Below are positions 1-8,148 of a stretch of DNA of 64,000 nucleotides, piece after piece (position 1 is the first letter of the stretch; each line of letters begins with the position of its first letter). Source of the DNA: Candidatus Spongiisociaceae bacterium (lineage in GTDB: Bacteria; Actinomycetota; Acidimicrobiia; Spongiisociales; Spongiisociaceae); the NCBI GenBank assembly GCA_965219685.1, contig CBDCOH010000002.1:1408001-1472000 (forward strand). The letters are read 5' to 3'. Below the pieces are notes generated by a model. That model did no database searches and was not told where the DNA came from. It saw only the letters and a list, made by a program, of their open reading frames with translations. The position numbers were made by a program, and so were the translations under genes.

Positions 1-796
1 CACTGTGGAAGATGCCGGAAGCCACTCCTCCCGGACCGGACTTCTGCTTGTCGTTGTTGTCGGAGCCGTAGACCGCCCGGTCCAGCGCGTTCAGGCTCCT
101 CAACTTGTTCAACACCCGGTACAGATCCCGTGGGTCTCCTCCCGCGTAGTAGGACAGGTCCGCGTAGAAGTTGGGATGGCGAGCCACGACCGCGATCCCC
201 TCGTCGACATACGGGAAGGCCAGGTAGACGACTACCTTGAGGCCCCGGTAGCGGATACCTAGCTCGTCGAGCAGCATCGGGCGGGCGTGGTGTATGGGAG
301 CGTTGATGATCGGCGTGAACCCCGTGTGGGTGTGGATCGGGATGTCCAGTTCCAGACACTTCTCGTAGACGGGCGCCAGCCGCCGGTCGGCGGGATCGTG
401 ATGGTGATAGGTGGGAAGGAGCTTCATCATGCGGAACCCGTACTCCCGGACGCAGCGATCGATCTCCTCGGTCGCCCACCGCACATCGCGCAGCGGGTCC
501 ACACACACCACCCCGTAGAGACGTCCCGGATGGGCCGCACACTGGGCCGCCGTGTAGTAGTTCGGCACGTACACCTCGTGCTCCTCCGGATGGCTCGGAT
601 GGAACGTGGTACGGCGCAGGTCCGATCCGTGAGCAAGGCCCACCTCGATCCCGGCCTCGTCGAGGAGTTGGACCAGGGCGGCGCCGTCCGTCCAGCAGTA
701 TTCGCCTCCGTAGGGGCGGTACAACTCCTCCATCCACCAGACGGGCGCATGGCGGGGGGTCTCGGTCAGGTAGAGCAGGACGTCGACGGTGGGCAT
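1..796 (-). CDS. Amidohydrolase_2-family protein, paralog of 801-1700; 3' end runs off the window
   Basis: Not in the ORF track because it has no stop in the window. Manual translation from ATG at 796 gives MPTVDVLLYLTETPRHAPVWWMEELYRPYGGEYCWTDGAA...DPLRDVR...LPTY...FPYVDEGIAVVARHPNFYAD...VYGSDNNDK, collinear with the upstream gene. Confidence 0.85.
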   Translation of the reverse strand, partial: MPTVDVLLYLTETPRHAPVWWMEELYRPYGGEYCWTDGAALVQLLDEAGIEVGLAHGSDLRRTTFHPSHPEEHEVYVPNYYTAAQCAAHPGRLYGVVCVDPLRDVRWATEEIDRCVREYGFRMMKLLPTYHHHDPADRRLAPVYEKCLELDIPIHTHTGFTPIINAPIHHARPMLLDELGIRYRGLKVVVYLAFPYVDEGIAVVARHPNFYADLSYYAGGDPRDLYRVLNKLRSLNALDRAVYGSDNNDKQKSGPGGVASGIFHS

Positions 797-800
797 CGGC

Positions 801-1700
801 TCAGTCCAGTTTGTACAGGCGGCGGGCGTTGCCACCGACTATGCCCTCGATCTGCGCTGCGACGAAAGGCTCCCGGTATGTGCGCTCGGCTACCTCGTTC
901 AGTTCGTCCAGCAGGTGGGTCCCGATCTGCTGACCCCCGCCGGTCCGGTCCTTGTCGTTGTTGTCCGAGCCGTACACGACGCGTTCGAGTGCGTTCAAGC
1001 CCCGGAGCTTGTCGAGAGCGTCAAACAGGGGCTCGGGGCCGGCACCGACGAAGTAGGCGATGTCGGCGTGGAAGTTGGGATGGCGGGCCACCACGGCGAT
1101 CCCCTCATCGACGTAGGGGAAGTTGATGTACACGAGTACCCGCAGATCTCGATGGCGGATGCCGATCACATCGAGCCTCTCAGGATGGCCGTACCGGAGT
1201 GCCGCCGTGATGGTCGGCGAATACCCGGTGTTGACATGGGCGACGATGTCGAGTTCCTCGCAGCTCTCCAGCATCGGCGTGACAGCCGGATCGTCTATGT
1301 AGTAGTTCTGGTAGGTCGGCAGGAACTTCGAGGATCTGAAACCGTACTCCTCGACGCATCGGCGTTGCTCTATGACTCCTGCCCTCACGTCTCTCAGGGG
1401 ATCGATGTTGGCGACGCCGATCAGCCGGTCGGGGAACAGGGCCACCTGCTGGGCCGTGTAGTCGTTGGGGACGAACACGTGGCGCTGGTCAGGGAAGTCC
1501 GGATGATAGGTGGTACGGCGGATGTCGGACCCCTGGACCATCCCGATGTCGACACCACCCCGGTCGAGGATGCCGACGATGGCAGCGCCGTCCGTCCAGA
1601 TGTATCCACCGCCGTAAGGACGGTACATCTCCTCCATCCACCAGATCGGCGCCTGCTCGGCGGAGTCCGTCAGGTGGAGGTGGCAGTCGACGGTCAGCAT
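801..1700 (-). CDS. Amidohydrolase_2-family metal-dependent hydrolase/decarboxylase
   Basis: N-terminal DCHLH metal motif, PNDY, DPLR, C-terminal YGSD. Confidence 0.85.
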   Translation of the reverse strand: MLTVDCHLHLTDSAEQAPIWWMEEMYRPYGGGYIWTDGAAIVGILDRGGVDIGMVQGSDIRRTTYHPDFPDQRHVFVPNDYTAQQVALFPDRLIGVANIDPLRDVRAGVIEQRRCVEEYGFRSSKFLPTYQNYYIDDPAVTPMLESCEELDIVAHVNTGYSPTITAALRYGHPERLDVIGIRHRDLRVLVYINFPYVDEGIAVVARHPNFHADIAYFVGAGPEPLFDALDKLRGLNALERVVYGSDNNDKDRTGGGQQIGTHLLDELNEVAERTYREPFVAAQIEGIVGGNARRLYKLD

Positions 1701-1727
1701 CGGAAGCTGCCCTCCACGGGATCGGTG

Positions 1728-2927
1728 CTACGGGAAACTGATGACTCCTTCCTCGGCCATGTACCTCAACTCGGGCTCGCCGCACCCTATCAAACCGCCC
1801 AGGATGTCCCGGTTGTGCTCGCCGAGTGACGGGCCGGTGGTCCGCACGCCGCCCGGGGTCGCCGACAGGCGGCCGACCAGGTTCTGCATGCGGACCGGAC
1901 CGAGTACGGGATCCTCGACCGTGGTGACGGTCTCGTTGTGGACGAACTGGGGATCCTCGAGTATGCCGGTGATGTCGAGGATCGGTGCGATGGCGGCGCC
2001 CGCCTCGCTGAAGGCGGCCACCACCTCTTCGGCGTCCCGGGCACCCACCCACGCCCCTATGGCTTCGTCCAGCTCGTCCTGATGCAGGAGGCGTCCCGCG
2101 TGGTTGGCGAACCATGGCTCGGCCGCCATCTCGGGCCTTCCCACCAGGCGGACCGTGCGCTCGGCCGTGGACTGGGACGAGCCCGAGAGCCCGAGCCACA
2201 CCCCGTCCCGCGAGAGGTAGGCGTTGCGGGGAGCGGTGAAGGGCGCCCGGTTTCCGGTCCTACCCTGGACGATCCCCAACTGGTCGTAGATGGTGGCCTG
2301 CGGTCCCAGGAGCCAGAAGATGGGTTCGTAGATCGACAGGTCGATCACCTGACCCGTCCCGTCGCCCAGGTCGCGTGCCCGCAGCGCCGCCATCGTCAGG
2401 AAGGCTCCGCTCAGGCCGGCTATCCCGTCGGCCAGGGCGAACGGCGGCAGAGTCGGCGGCCCGCCCGGGTGCCCGTTGATGTGAGCGAAACCCGACATCG
2501 ACTCGGCCAGCGTGCCGAACCCGGCCCGCTCCCGGTAGGGGCCGGTCTGCCCGAATCCGGTCACCCGGACCATGACCAGCCGGGGGTTGACCTCGGACAG
2601 GTCGTCCCATCCGAGACCCCAGCGTTCCATGGTCCCCGGCCGGAAGTTCTCGACGAGTACGTCCGCCCCCTCCACCAGGCGCAGCATCGCCCGCCTGCCC
2701 AGGTCGTGGGAGAGCTTGAGGGTGACCGCCCGCTTGTTCCGGTTCACGACCGCCCACCACAGCGAGACCCCGTCCTTCTCCCAGCCCAGGTTCCGCAGGC
2801 TGTCCCCCGCCGGATGCTCCACCTTGATCACATCGGCGCCGTAGTCCCCGAGAAGGGTGGCGACCATGGGCCCGGCGAACAGGGTCGCCGCGTCGATCAC
2901 CCTCAACCCGGCGAGGGGACCCGCCAT
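1728..2927 (-). CDS. CoA-transferase family III (CaiB/BaiF)
   Basis: GPLAGLRVID, AGP, LGDYGADVIKVE, NRNKR, DVLVENFRPG, TGFGQTGPY. Start chosen at MAGPL. Confidence 0.93.
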   Translation of the reverse strand: MAGPLAGLRVIDAATLFAGPMVATLLGDYGADVIKVEHPAGDSLRNLGWEKDGVSLWWAVVNRNKRAVTLKLSHDLGRRAMLRLVEGADVLVENFRPGTMERWGLGWDDLSEVNPRLVMVRVTGFGQTGPYRERAGFGTLAESMSGFAHINGHPGGPPTLPPFALADGIAGLSGAFLTMAALRARDLGDGTGQVIDLSIYEPIFWLLGPQATIYDQLGIVQGRTGNRAPFTAPRNAYLSRDGVWLGLSGSSQSTAERTVRLVGRPEMAAEPWFANHAGRLLHQDELDEAIGAWVGARDAEEVVAAFSEAGAAIAPILDITGILEDPQFVHNETVTTVEDPVLGPVRMQNLVGRLSATPGGVRTTGPSLGEHNRDILGGLIGCGEPELRYMAEEGVISFP

Positions 2928-3006
2928 GGCGGGGCTTCGGTCATCGTGCATCGGGCGAGCCTAACGGTTCGACCGGCCGGCAACGGTCAGGACTGCGGCA
3001 CTGGCT

Positions 3007-3450
3007 CTACGCATCACGGTCGGGGGGCCGGCGTAAACGCTTTGTCTCGGACCGCCTGCGCTTCTCCTCCATCCGCTTCCGCCGGGCGGCCGGCCCGGGC
3101 CGTGACGCTCGCCGCGTGGGCGGCTCCGGGGCCAGCGCGTCGTCGAGCAACCCCCGGAGGCGTTGCCTGGCCACCTGGCGGTTCCGCCACTGGGAGCGGT
3201 GATCATCCACCACCAGGCGCACCGCTCCGTACCGCATCCTGGCGGCCAGTCGCTTCTCCATCCGTACCTTCTGCTCGTCGGTGAGCGCGTCCGACTTCCA
3301 GATCGAGAACGTCAGACCCACCCGGGTGTGGGCTCGGTTGGCATGCTGGCCTCCAGGACCGGAAGCAGGACCGAAGTCCCACCGCAATTCTGCGGCCGGT
3401 ATCACCGGTCCACGTCGGAGTTGGAGGTCACGGTTCGAGTTCGCGGCCAT
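3007..3450 (-). CDS. arfB: Alternative ribosome rescue peptidyl-tRNA hydrolase ArfB (YaeJ)
   Basis: SGPGGQHAN (GGQ motif), RSQWRNR, basic C-terminal tail. Start at MAANSN; the ORF-track extension overlaps menA. Confidence 0.88.
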   Translation of the reverse strand: MAANSNRDLQLRRGPVIPAAELRWDFGPASGPGGQHANRAHTRVGLTFSIWKSDALTDEQKVRMEKRLAARMRYGAVRLVVDDHRSQWRNRQVARQRLRGLLDDALAPEPPTRRASRPGPAARRKRMEEKRRRSETKRLRRPPDRDA

Positions 3451-3469
3451 ATTCAGCGAAACTAATCCG

Positions 3470-4357
3470 ATGAGCGCCAGATCCCCTAACCCCTGGGTGC
3501 TCGCCGCCCGGCCTCGCACCCTCTGGGCGGCTGTCAGCCCGGTGCTGGCCGGGTCGGGCCTGGCAGTCGGCAGCGGCGTGTTCCGGGCCGATGCGATGGT
3601 GGCCGCCCTGGTCTGCGCCCTGAGCCTCCAAGTGGCCGCCAACTTCGCCAACGACGCCTCCGACGCCCGGCGGGGCGCCGACCCGGAGAACCGCATCGGC
3701 CCGACCCGGGCTGTGGCGACCGGACTGCTGACCTCTCGGCAGGCGTGGATGGCGGTCTGGACCATGTTCGCCACAGCCGGCGCGTGCGGTCTCTACGTAG
3801 CTTCGATCACCAGTTGGTTGGTGGTCGGCGTAGGTGCGGTGGCGATCCTGGCCACGCTCACCTACACGGGCGGCCCTTCCCCCTACGGCTACAGGGGTCT
3901 CGGTGAGGTGTCGGTGTTCATCTTCTTCGGGCTCGCCGCCACGGTGGGGACCCGCTACGCCCACGACGGAACCGCACCGTTGGAGGCCTGGCTCCTGGCG
4001 GTGCCGGTCGGGTTGACCGCATCGGCGATCCTGGTAGCCAACAACGTCCGCGACATCGACACCGACGCGGCGGCCGGCAAGCGGACCCTGGCAGTAGTGC
4101 TGGGCCGGGACCGCGCACGGACGCTGTACACGGCGACGGTGACGGCCGCCTTCGTAGTGATCGCGGTGGCGGCGGGGACCGGGCTCGTCCCACGCTGGGC
4201 GGCGCTGGGTCTGCTCACCGCTCCGCTGGCCCTCCCGCTCATCAGGACCATCCACTCGACCGCCGAAGGCCCCGCCCTGATCAGAGTGCTCGAGGGCACC
4301 GCCCGTCTGCATCTCCTGGCCGGCATCGGCCTCAGCATCGGGGCCGCGTTCGGTTGA
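3470..4357 (+). CDS. menA: 1,4-dihydroxy-2-naphthoate polyprenyltransferase
   Basis: AARPRTL, NFANDASD, YTGGPSPYGYRGLGE, NNVRDIDTDAAAGKRTLAV; multiple TM helices. Confidence 0.93.
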   Translation: MSARSPNPWVLAARPRTLWAAVSPVLAGSGLAVGSGVFRADAMVAALVCALSLQVAANFANDASDARRGADPENRIGPTRAVATGLLTSRQAWMAVWTMFATAGACGLYVASITSWLVVGVGAVAILATLTYTGGPSPYGYRGLGEVSVFIFFGLAATVGTRYAHDGTAPLEAWLLAVPVGLTASAILVANNVRDIDTDAAAGKRTLAVVLGRDRARTLYTATVTAAFVVIAVAAGTGLVPRWAALGLLTAPLALPLIRTIHSTAEGPALIRVLEGTARLHLLAGIGLSIGAAFG

Positions 4358-4503
4358 CACCAGGGACGACCTGAGAGGGGTAGACCCACGTCCCCCCGCC
4401 ATGCTGCATCGAGTTCGCAGTCCTGGTTGGGGGTCTCCGTTGCTTGAGGATCAGAACCTGTTCTTTAGCAGAGTGACGTTTTGGACCATTCTCAGGGTGT
4501 TTA

Positions 4504-4540
4504 TGTCACAGCCGGGTCCTATAATGCGAACATATGTACG
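4504..4540 (+). promoter_or_regulatory. DNA-damage promoter: RecA-NDp/PafBC-like motif plus overlapping LexA SOS box
   Basis: TGTCACAG-N8-TATAAT at 4504-4525 fits tTGTCRgtg-N8-TAnnnT. CGAACATATGTACG at 4527-4540 is one mismatch from CGAAC-N4-GTTCG and overlaps the ATG at 4534. Confidence 0.7.
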
Positions 4541-5898
4541 ATCACCTACTCGACTACCCCGAACCCGACACGGTCAAGCCCCGCGACTTCCTCGACCGGG
4601 GTGGTGCGGAGCCGGACGGCGACATGTTCACCACCCGCTACCAGAGGGAATGCCGCAGGGTCTATGAACGTGCCCGCCACATGGCCGAGCGTTCGGACTA
4701 CGCGCACGCGGACGTGGAGGACGCCAAAGCCGAGGCCGCCCTGGTCAGGGCCCAAGCGCAGGTCAGCCGGGCCCGCGGCGACCAGGTCGGCTGGGTGCGC
4801 CACATGCTACGGCGGGGTGCTGTGGCAAGGTTCGGGTATCGCAACCCCACCGAGATGGTCGCCTCACGACTCGACGTGCGCCGCTCCGTCGCCCGCGACC
4901 TCGTCTATCTGGCTGAGCGGCTCAGCGATAACCAGGTCGAGTCGATCCGCCACGGTTCGGTCTCCTACGAGCGGGCGTTGGCAGAGACACGACTGAGCGA
5001 TGCCGGCGCGTCACGGGAGGTGATCGAACGAAGCCGCGGCGACGACCTCGAATCGGTCAAGCGGATCCTCCAAGCACATCGCCGCATGAGCCGCCACGAC
5101 GAACGCCGAATCTTCGAAGGCCAGTACCTGACCCTGCAGCCCTCCCTGGACGGCAGCCACGTGCAGGTCAACGGCCGGCTCGCCGCCCTCGAAGCCGAGA
5201 TATGCCGCAACGGCCTGGACCGGCGCGGCGAAAAGCTCCTACCCGCCGGCGAAGACCGTCCCGACGCAGGACAGAGAAGAGCCCTGGCCCTCACCACCCT
5301 ATGCCAGGACGAACTCGACCGCAGCCCACAACCCGCCCGCACGACCACGGAACGGTTCCGGGAGGCCTCCAGACGCCGCGAACCGGCCCTCATGGTCGTC
5401 GCCGACCAGCAACTAGCCGACAAATCAGGATACGAACAAGGCGCAGCAGTACTCGCCGGCGCCCGGGTAGGACCCGACACCATAGACCTCATCCGCTGTG
5501 TCGGCACCACCGAGACAATCACCGTGGCCGGCCACGACATCATCCAACACGGAACGACCACATACCTGACGCCGTCGCTACGCCGTGCCGTGCTAGCCCG
5601 AGACGACGGATGCACCATCGACGGATGCACATCCACCTACCGGCTCGAAGTCCACCACATCACCCCCCGATCCGAAGGAGGGGACCACAGCCCCGACAAC
5701 CTCACCACCCTGTGCTGGTGGCACCACCACGTATCCATACACCGCCGAGGCATGCGCATCGACCCCCAATCACCACCCCGAAGACGGCGGCTACTACCAC
5801 CCACAAGAACCTGCGGCTACCAGCCACCCGACCCCGACCCCCACACCCTCGCCATACTCCGCGCACTCCACACCCGCCCCAACCGGTCCCCACCCTGA
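4534..5898 (+). CDS. DUF222/13E12-repeat-like protein with C-terminal HNH endonuclease
   Basis: LRRAVLARDDGCTIDGC...EVHHITPRSEGGDHSPDNLTTLCWWHH; helical N-terminus with QRRALAL; C/A-skewed 3' end ending in RSPP. Confidence 0.85.
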   Translation: MYDHLLDYPEPDTVKPRDFLDRGGAEPDGDMFTTRYQRECRRVYERARHMAERSDYAHADVEDAKAEAALVRAQAQVSRARGDQVGWVRHMLRRGAVARFGYRNPTEMVASRLDVRRSVARDLVYLAERLSDNQVESIRHGSVSYERALAETRLSDAGASREVIERSRGDDLESVKRILQAHRRMSRHDERRIFEGQYLTLQPSLDGSHVQVNGRLAALEAEICRNGLDRRGEKLLPAGEDRPDAGQRRALALTTLCQDELDRSPQPARTTTERFREASRRREPALMVVADQQLADKSGYEQGAAVLAGARVGPDTIDLIRCVGTTETITVAGHDIIQHGTTTYLTPSLRRAVLARDDGCTIDGCTSTYRLEVHHITPRSEGGDHSPDNLTTLCWWHHHVSIHRRGMRIDPQSPPRRRRLLPPTRTCGYQPPDPDPHTLAILRALHTRPNRSPP

Positions 5899-6070
5899 CC
5901 AGGACGGCCATAACGGAGCGGTAAAGGCAAGCGAATAACGAGCCTGACCGCAGTTCTCGCGCGGGAGGATGCTGCTATCGGACGGTATCGTGGTCGAACA
6001 GCGCTACGCGGCCCGTTCGCGCGGCCCAGTGCAGCGCCCGACCCCGGACCACGGCCTGTCTATCTCCCTG

Positions 6071-6251
6071 TTCAGTAACTCTCCGAGCCTACCGCTGTCA
6101 CCCGTTACGCTACACACGAGGATACGGGTGTCCAGCAGAGTCACGCCTCTGCGTGAACGCCGTCATGGAGGATGGAAAATAGTCTGATCTGATGTTAGCC
6201 ACCGATCTCCAACTAACAACTATAGAGCTACCGACTAGGAACTAATCATCT
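6071..6251 (+). repeat. Dispersed non-coding element, copy A
   Basis: tggaggatggaaaata...accgatctccaactaac...ctaccgactaggaactaatcatct matches copies at 18261-18520 and 59891-60157 (reverse). Its end overlaps the TAG stop of the hydrolase gene. Confidence 0.7.
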
Positions 6252-7081
6252 GGGAGGTCGCTCAGGAAGTCGGCTATCTCGGCGGCCACCAAGTCGGGGC
6301 GCTCCATCACCACCATGTGGGACTGTCCCGTCAGGAACGATGTCTTGGCGTTCGGCAGCCGGCCCTCCAAGGCGTCCATCACGGCTTCCAATACCCCGGG
6401 GAAGTCGGAGATCAACAGCCTGATGGGTGCTGTCAGTTGATCGAGGCGTTCGTAGATGCGGGTCTCGGCGCTCGCAGCGAAGACGGCCGACTCCACCTCG
6501 GGGCGACATGCCAGGGCGACCCCTTCGGGATGAGGCACCAGACCCCCCTCCAGGTACCCGGAGAAGGCGTCCTCGTGCCACCGTGTGAACAATGGCTTCG
6601 AACGGTACGAATCGGCCGCGGCCTGGCGAGAAGGAAAGGTCGGGCGCCGCAGGGCCGCCATCACCGCCAAGGGGTGGTCATCCACTAGGGGCTCGTCTCC
6701 CGTTCCACGGAGGTGCGGGGCGATGATCACAGGCTCGATCAGCACCATGCCGGACAGCAGACCAGGTCGCATCATGTCGACCATCACCATGGCAGCGCCA
6801 CCCATCGAGTGCCCTACCCCCACAATGGGCGCCTTCGGTGACAACTCGTCGATCAGGTCGACCAGATCGTTTGCGAAAGTCCTCCACGTGACGTCCGATT
6901 CGAACGGAGGAGCGCTTCCGTGACCCCTAGCGTCCCAAGCCAGGGCGGTGGTGCCCACCCCCTGCTCGCGCAACTCAGCCACGAGCGGTCGCCAGACCTC
7001 CTTGCAGAAACCCGTGGCGTGACCGAGCAGTAGCAACGCATCGTCAGAACCCGCGTGCCACTCCAGTGCAGTCCGATTCAT
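6242..7081 (-). CDS. Alpha/beta hydrolase
   Basis: HATGF, DARGHG, GHSMGG nucleophile elbow, C-terminal His in SHMVVMERP. Confidence 0.9.
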   Translation of the reverse strand: MNRTALEWHAGSDDALLLLGHATGFCKEVWRPLVAELREQGVGTTALAWDARGHGSAPPFESDVTWRTFANDLVDLIDELSPKAPIVGVGHSMGGAAMVMVDMMRPGLLSGMVLIEPVIIAPHLRGTGDEPLVDDHPLAVMAALRRPTFPSRQAAADSYRSKPLFTRWHEDAFSGYLEGGLVPHPEGVALACRPEVESAVFAASAETRIYERLDQLTAPIRLLISDFPGVLEAVMDALEGRLPNAKTSFLTGQSHMVVMERPDLVAAEIADFLSDLPDD

Positions 7082-7099
7082 GACGCCAATGCTCCCCGG

Positions 7100-8131
7100 C
7101 TACGCGTCGTCGTTTGCAATGACCCAGATCTGCTTCAGCGGGAGTTCGGCCTGGATCTCTTTGGGGAGACGGTCGTAGTTCTCGGTGATCTTTTCGATCA
7201 GATCGGCTGAGTCCCATATTCGAAGGTTGAACCACTGGTCCCGCGCCAACCTCCGTGCACCCCGGTTGAACCCGCTCCACGACACGAACAGCGACTGATC
7301 GGCGCCGAAGCTGCCAGCGGCGCCCAAGAGGTTTCGTAACGTGGGACCATCCACCGCCTTCTGTCCCGACTTGACCTGGACAGCGATCCTGGGCGGCTCA
7401 AAGCCGAGCGGTCCCCGGGCGGCCAGCACGTCGACTCCGCCGTCGGGACCGGCCGGGGACCGGAATGTGACGTAACCCTCCGCATCGAGTACCGCCTCGA
7501 CCAGTCTCTCCAACCCGTGTGCTTTGAACGTCGCGGCTATGTGGGCCGCGATGCCGTCGATCGCCAACGGCTCGATATCCACCGCGCCTTCTTCGTCGAC
7601 CGAGTCCGTACGGTCCTCTTGAGTCACTTCGCCCGATTGGCGGAGTTCCGGATCGCGCCCGGTCCGGGAGAACTCGGCCAGACGGGCTACTGCATTGTTC
7701 CGACTCGGGCTGAAAACCGTATGCAGGCCGCCCAACGTGTGGAGGAGATCCTGGCCGAGTGAACTTCGGGGCTGCTCGGTCAGCAGCCACTCCACAGGGC
7801 GAACGTGACGGCACCCGTCAGGGTTGCCGGGCTGGAACTTGTATCGGCCCGTGCATCGCCCTACCGCCAAGGTCCTTGTCCTCTTGGCGGGCAACACCAC
7901 CAGATCACCGATGTCGATGCTACGGACGAAGCGGAAGATCTGCCCGGCGTGGTTCAGCAGCCTGCCTCCCTCGGCGTATCCCGTAGCCAAGAGTTTCTCG
8001 CGGACTTCATCGCGGCCTTTGACGTTCGACAAGTCCCCCAACTCGTCCCAACCGATAACGACTACACCCATCTCCAGGGCGAAATCCTCATTCTCGCCGT
8101 CCTTGCCGGCGCGAACCACCCATGCCCTCAT
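7100..8131 (-). CDS. Mrr-like type IV restriction endonuclease with N-terminal putative modified-base-binding domain
   Basis: N-terminal WVVRAG...IGWDELGDLS...IGDLVVLP; C-terminal GPDGGVDVLA...AVQVKSG, WSGF, IWDSADL. Confidence 0.85.
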   Translation of the reverse strand: MRAWVVRAGKDGENEDFALEMGVVVIGWDELGDLSNVKGRDEVREKLLATGYAEGGRLLNHAGQIFRFVRSIDIGDLVVLPAKRTRTLAVGRCTGRYKFQPGNPDGCRHVRPVEWLLTEQPRSSLGQDLLHTLGGLHTVFSPSRNNAVARLAEFSRTGRDPELRQSGEVTQEDRTDSVDEEGAVDIEPLAIDGIAAHIAATFKAHGLERLVEAVLDAEGYVTFRSPAGPDGGVDVLAARGPLGFEPPRIAVQVKSGQKAVDGPTLRNLLGAAGSFGADQSLFVSWSGFNRGARRLARDQWFNLRIWDSADLIEKITENYDRLPKEIQAELPLKQIWVIANDDA

Positions 8132-8148
8132 CCGCTCTACCTCCGTCG

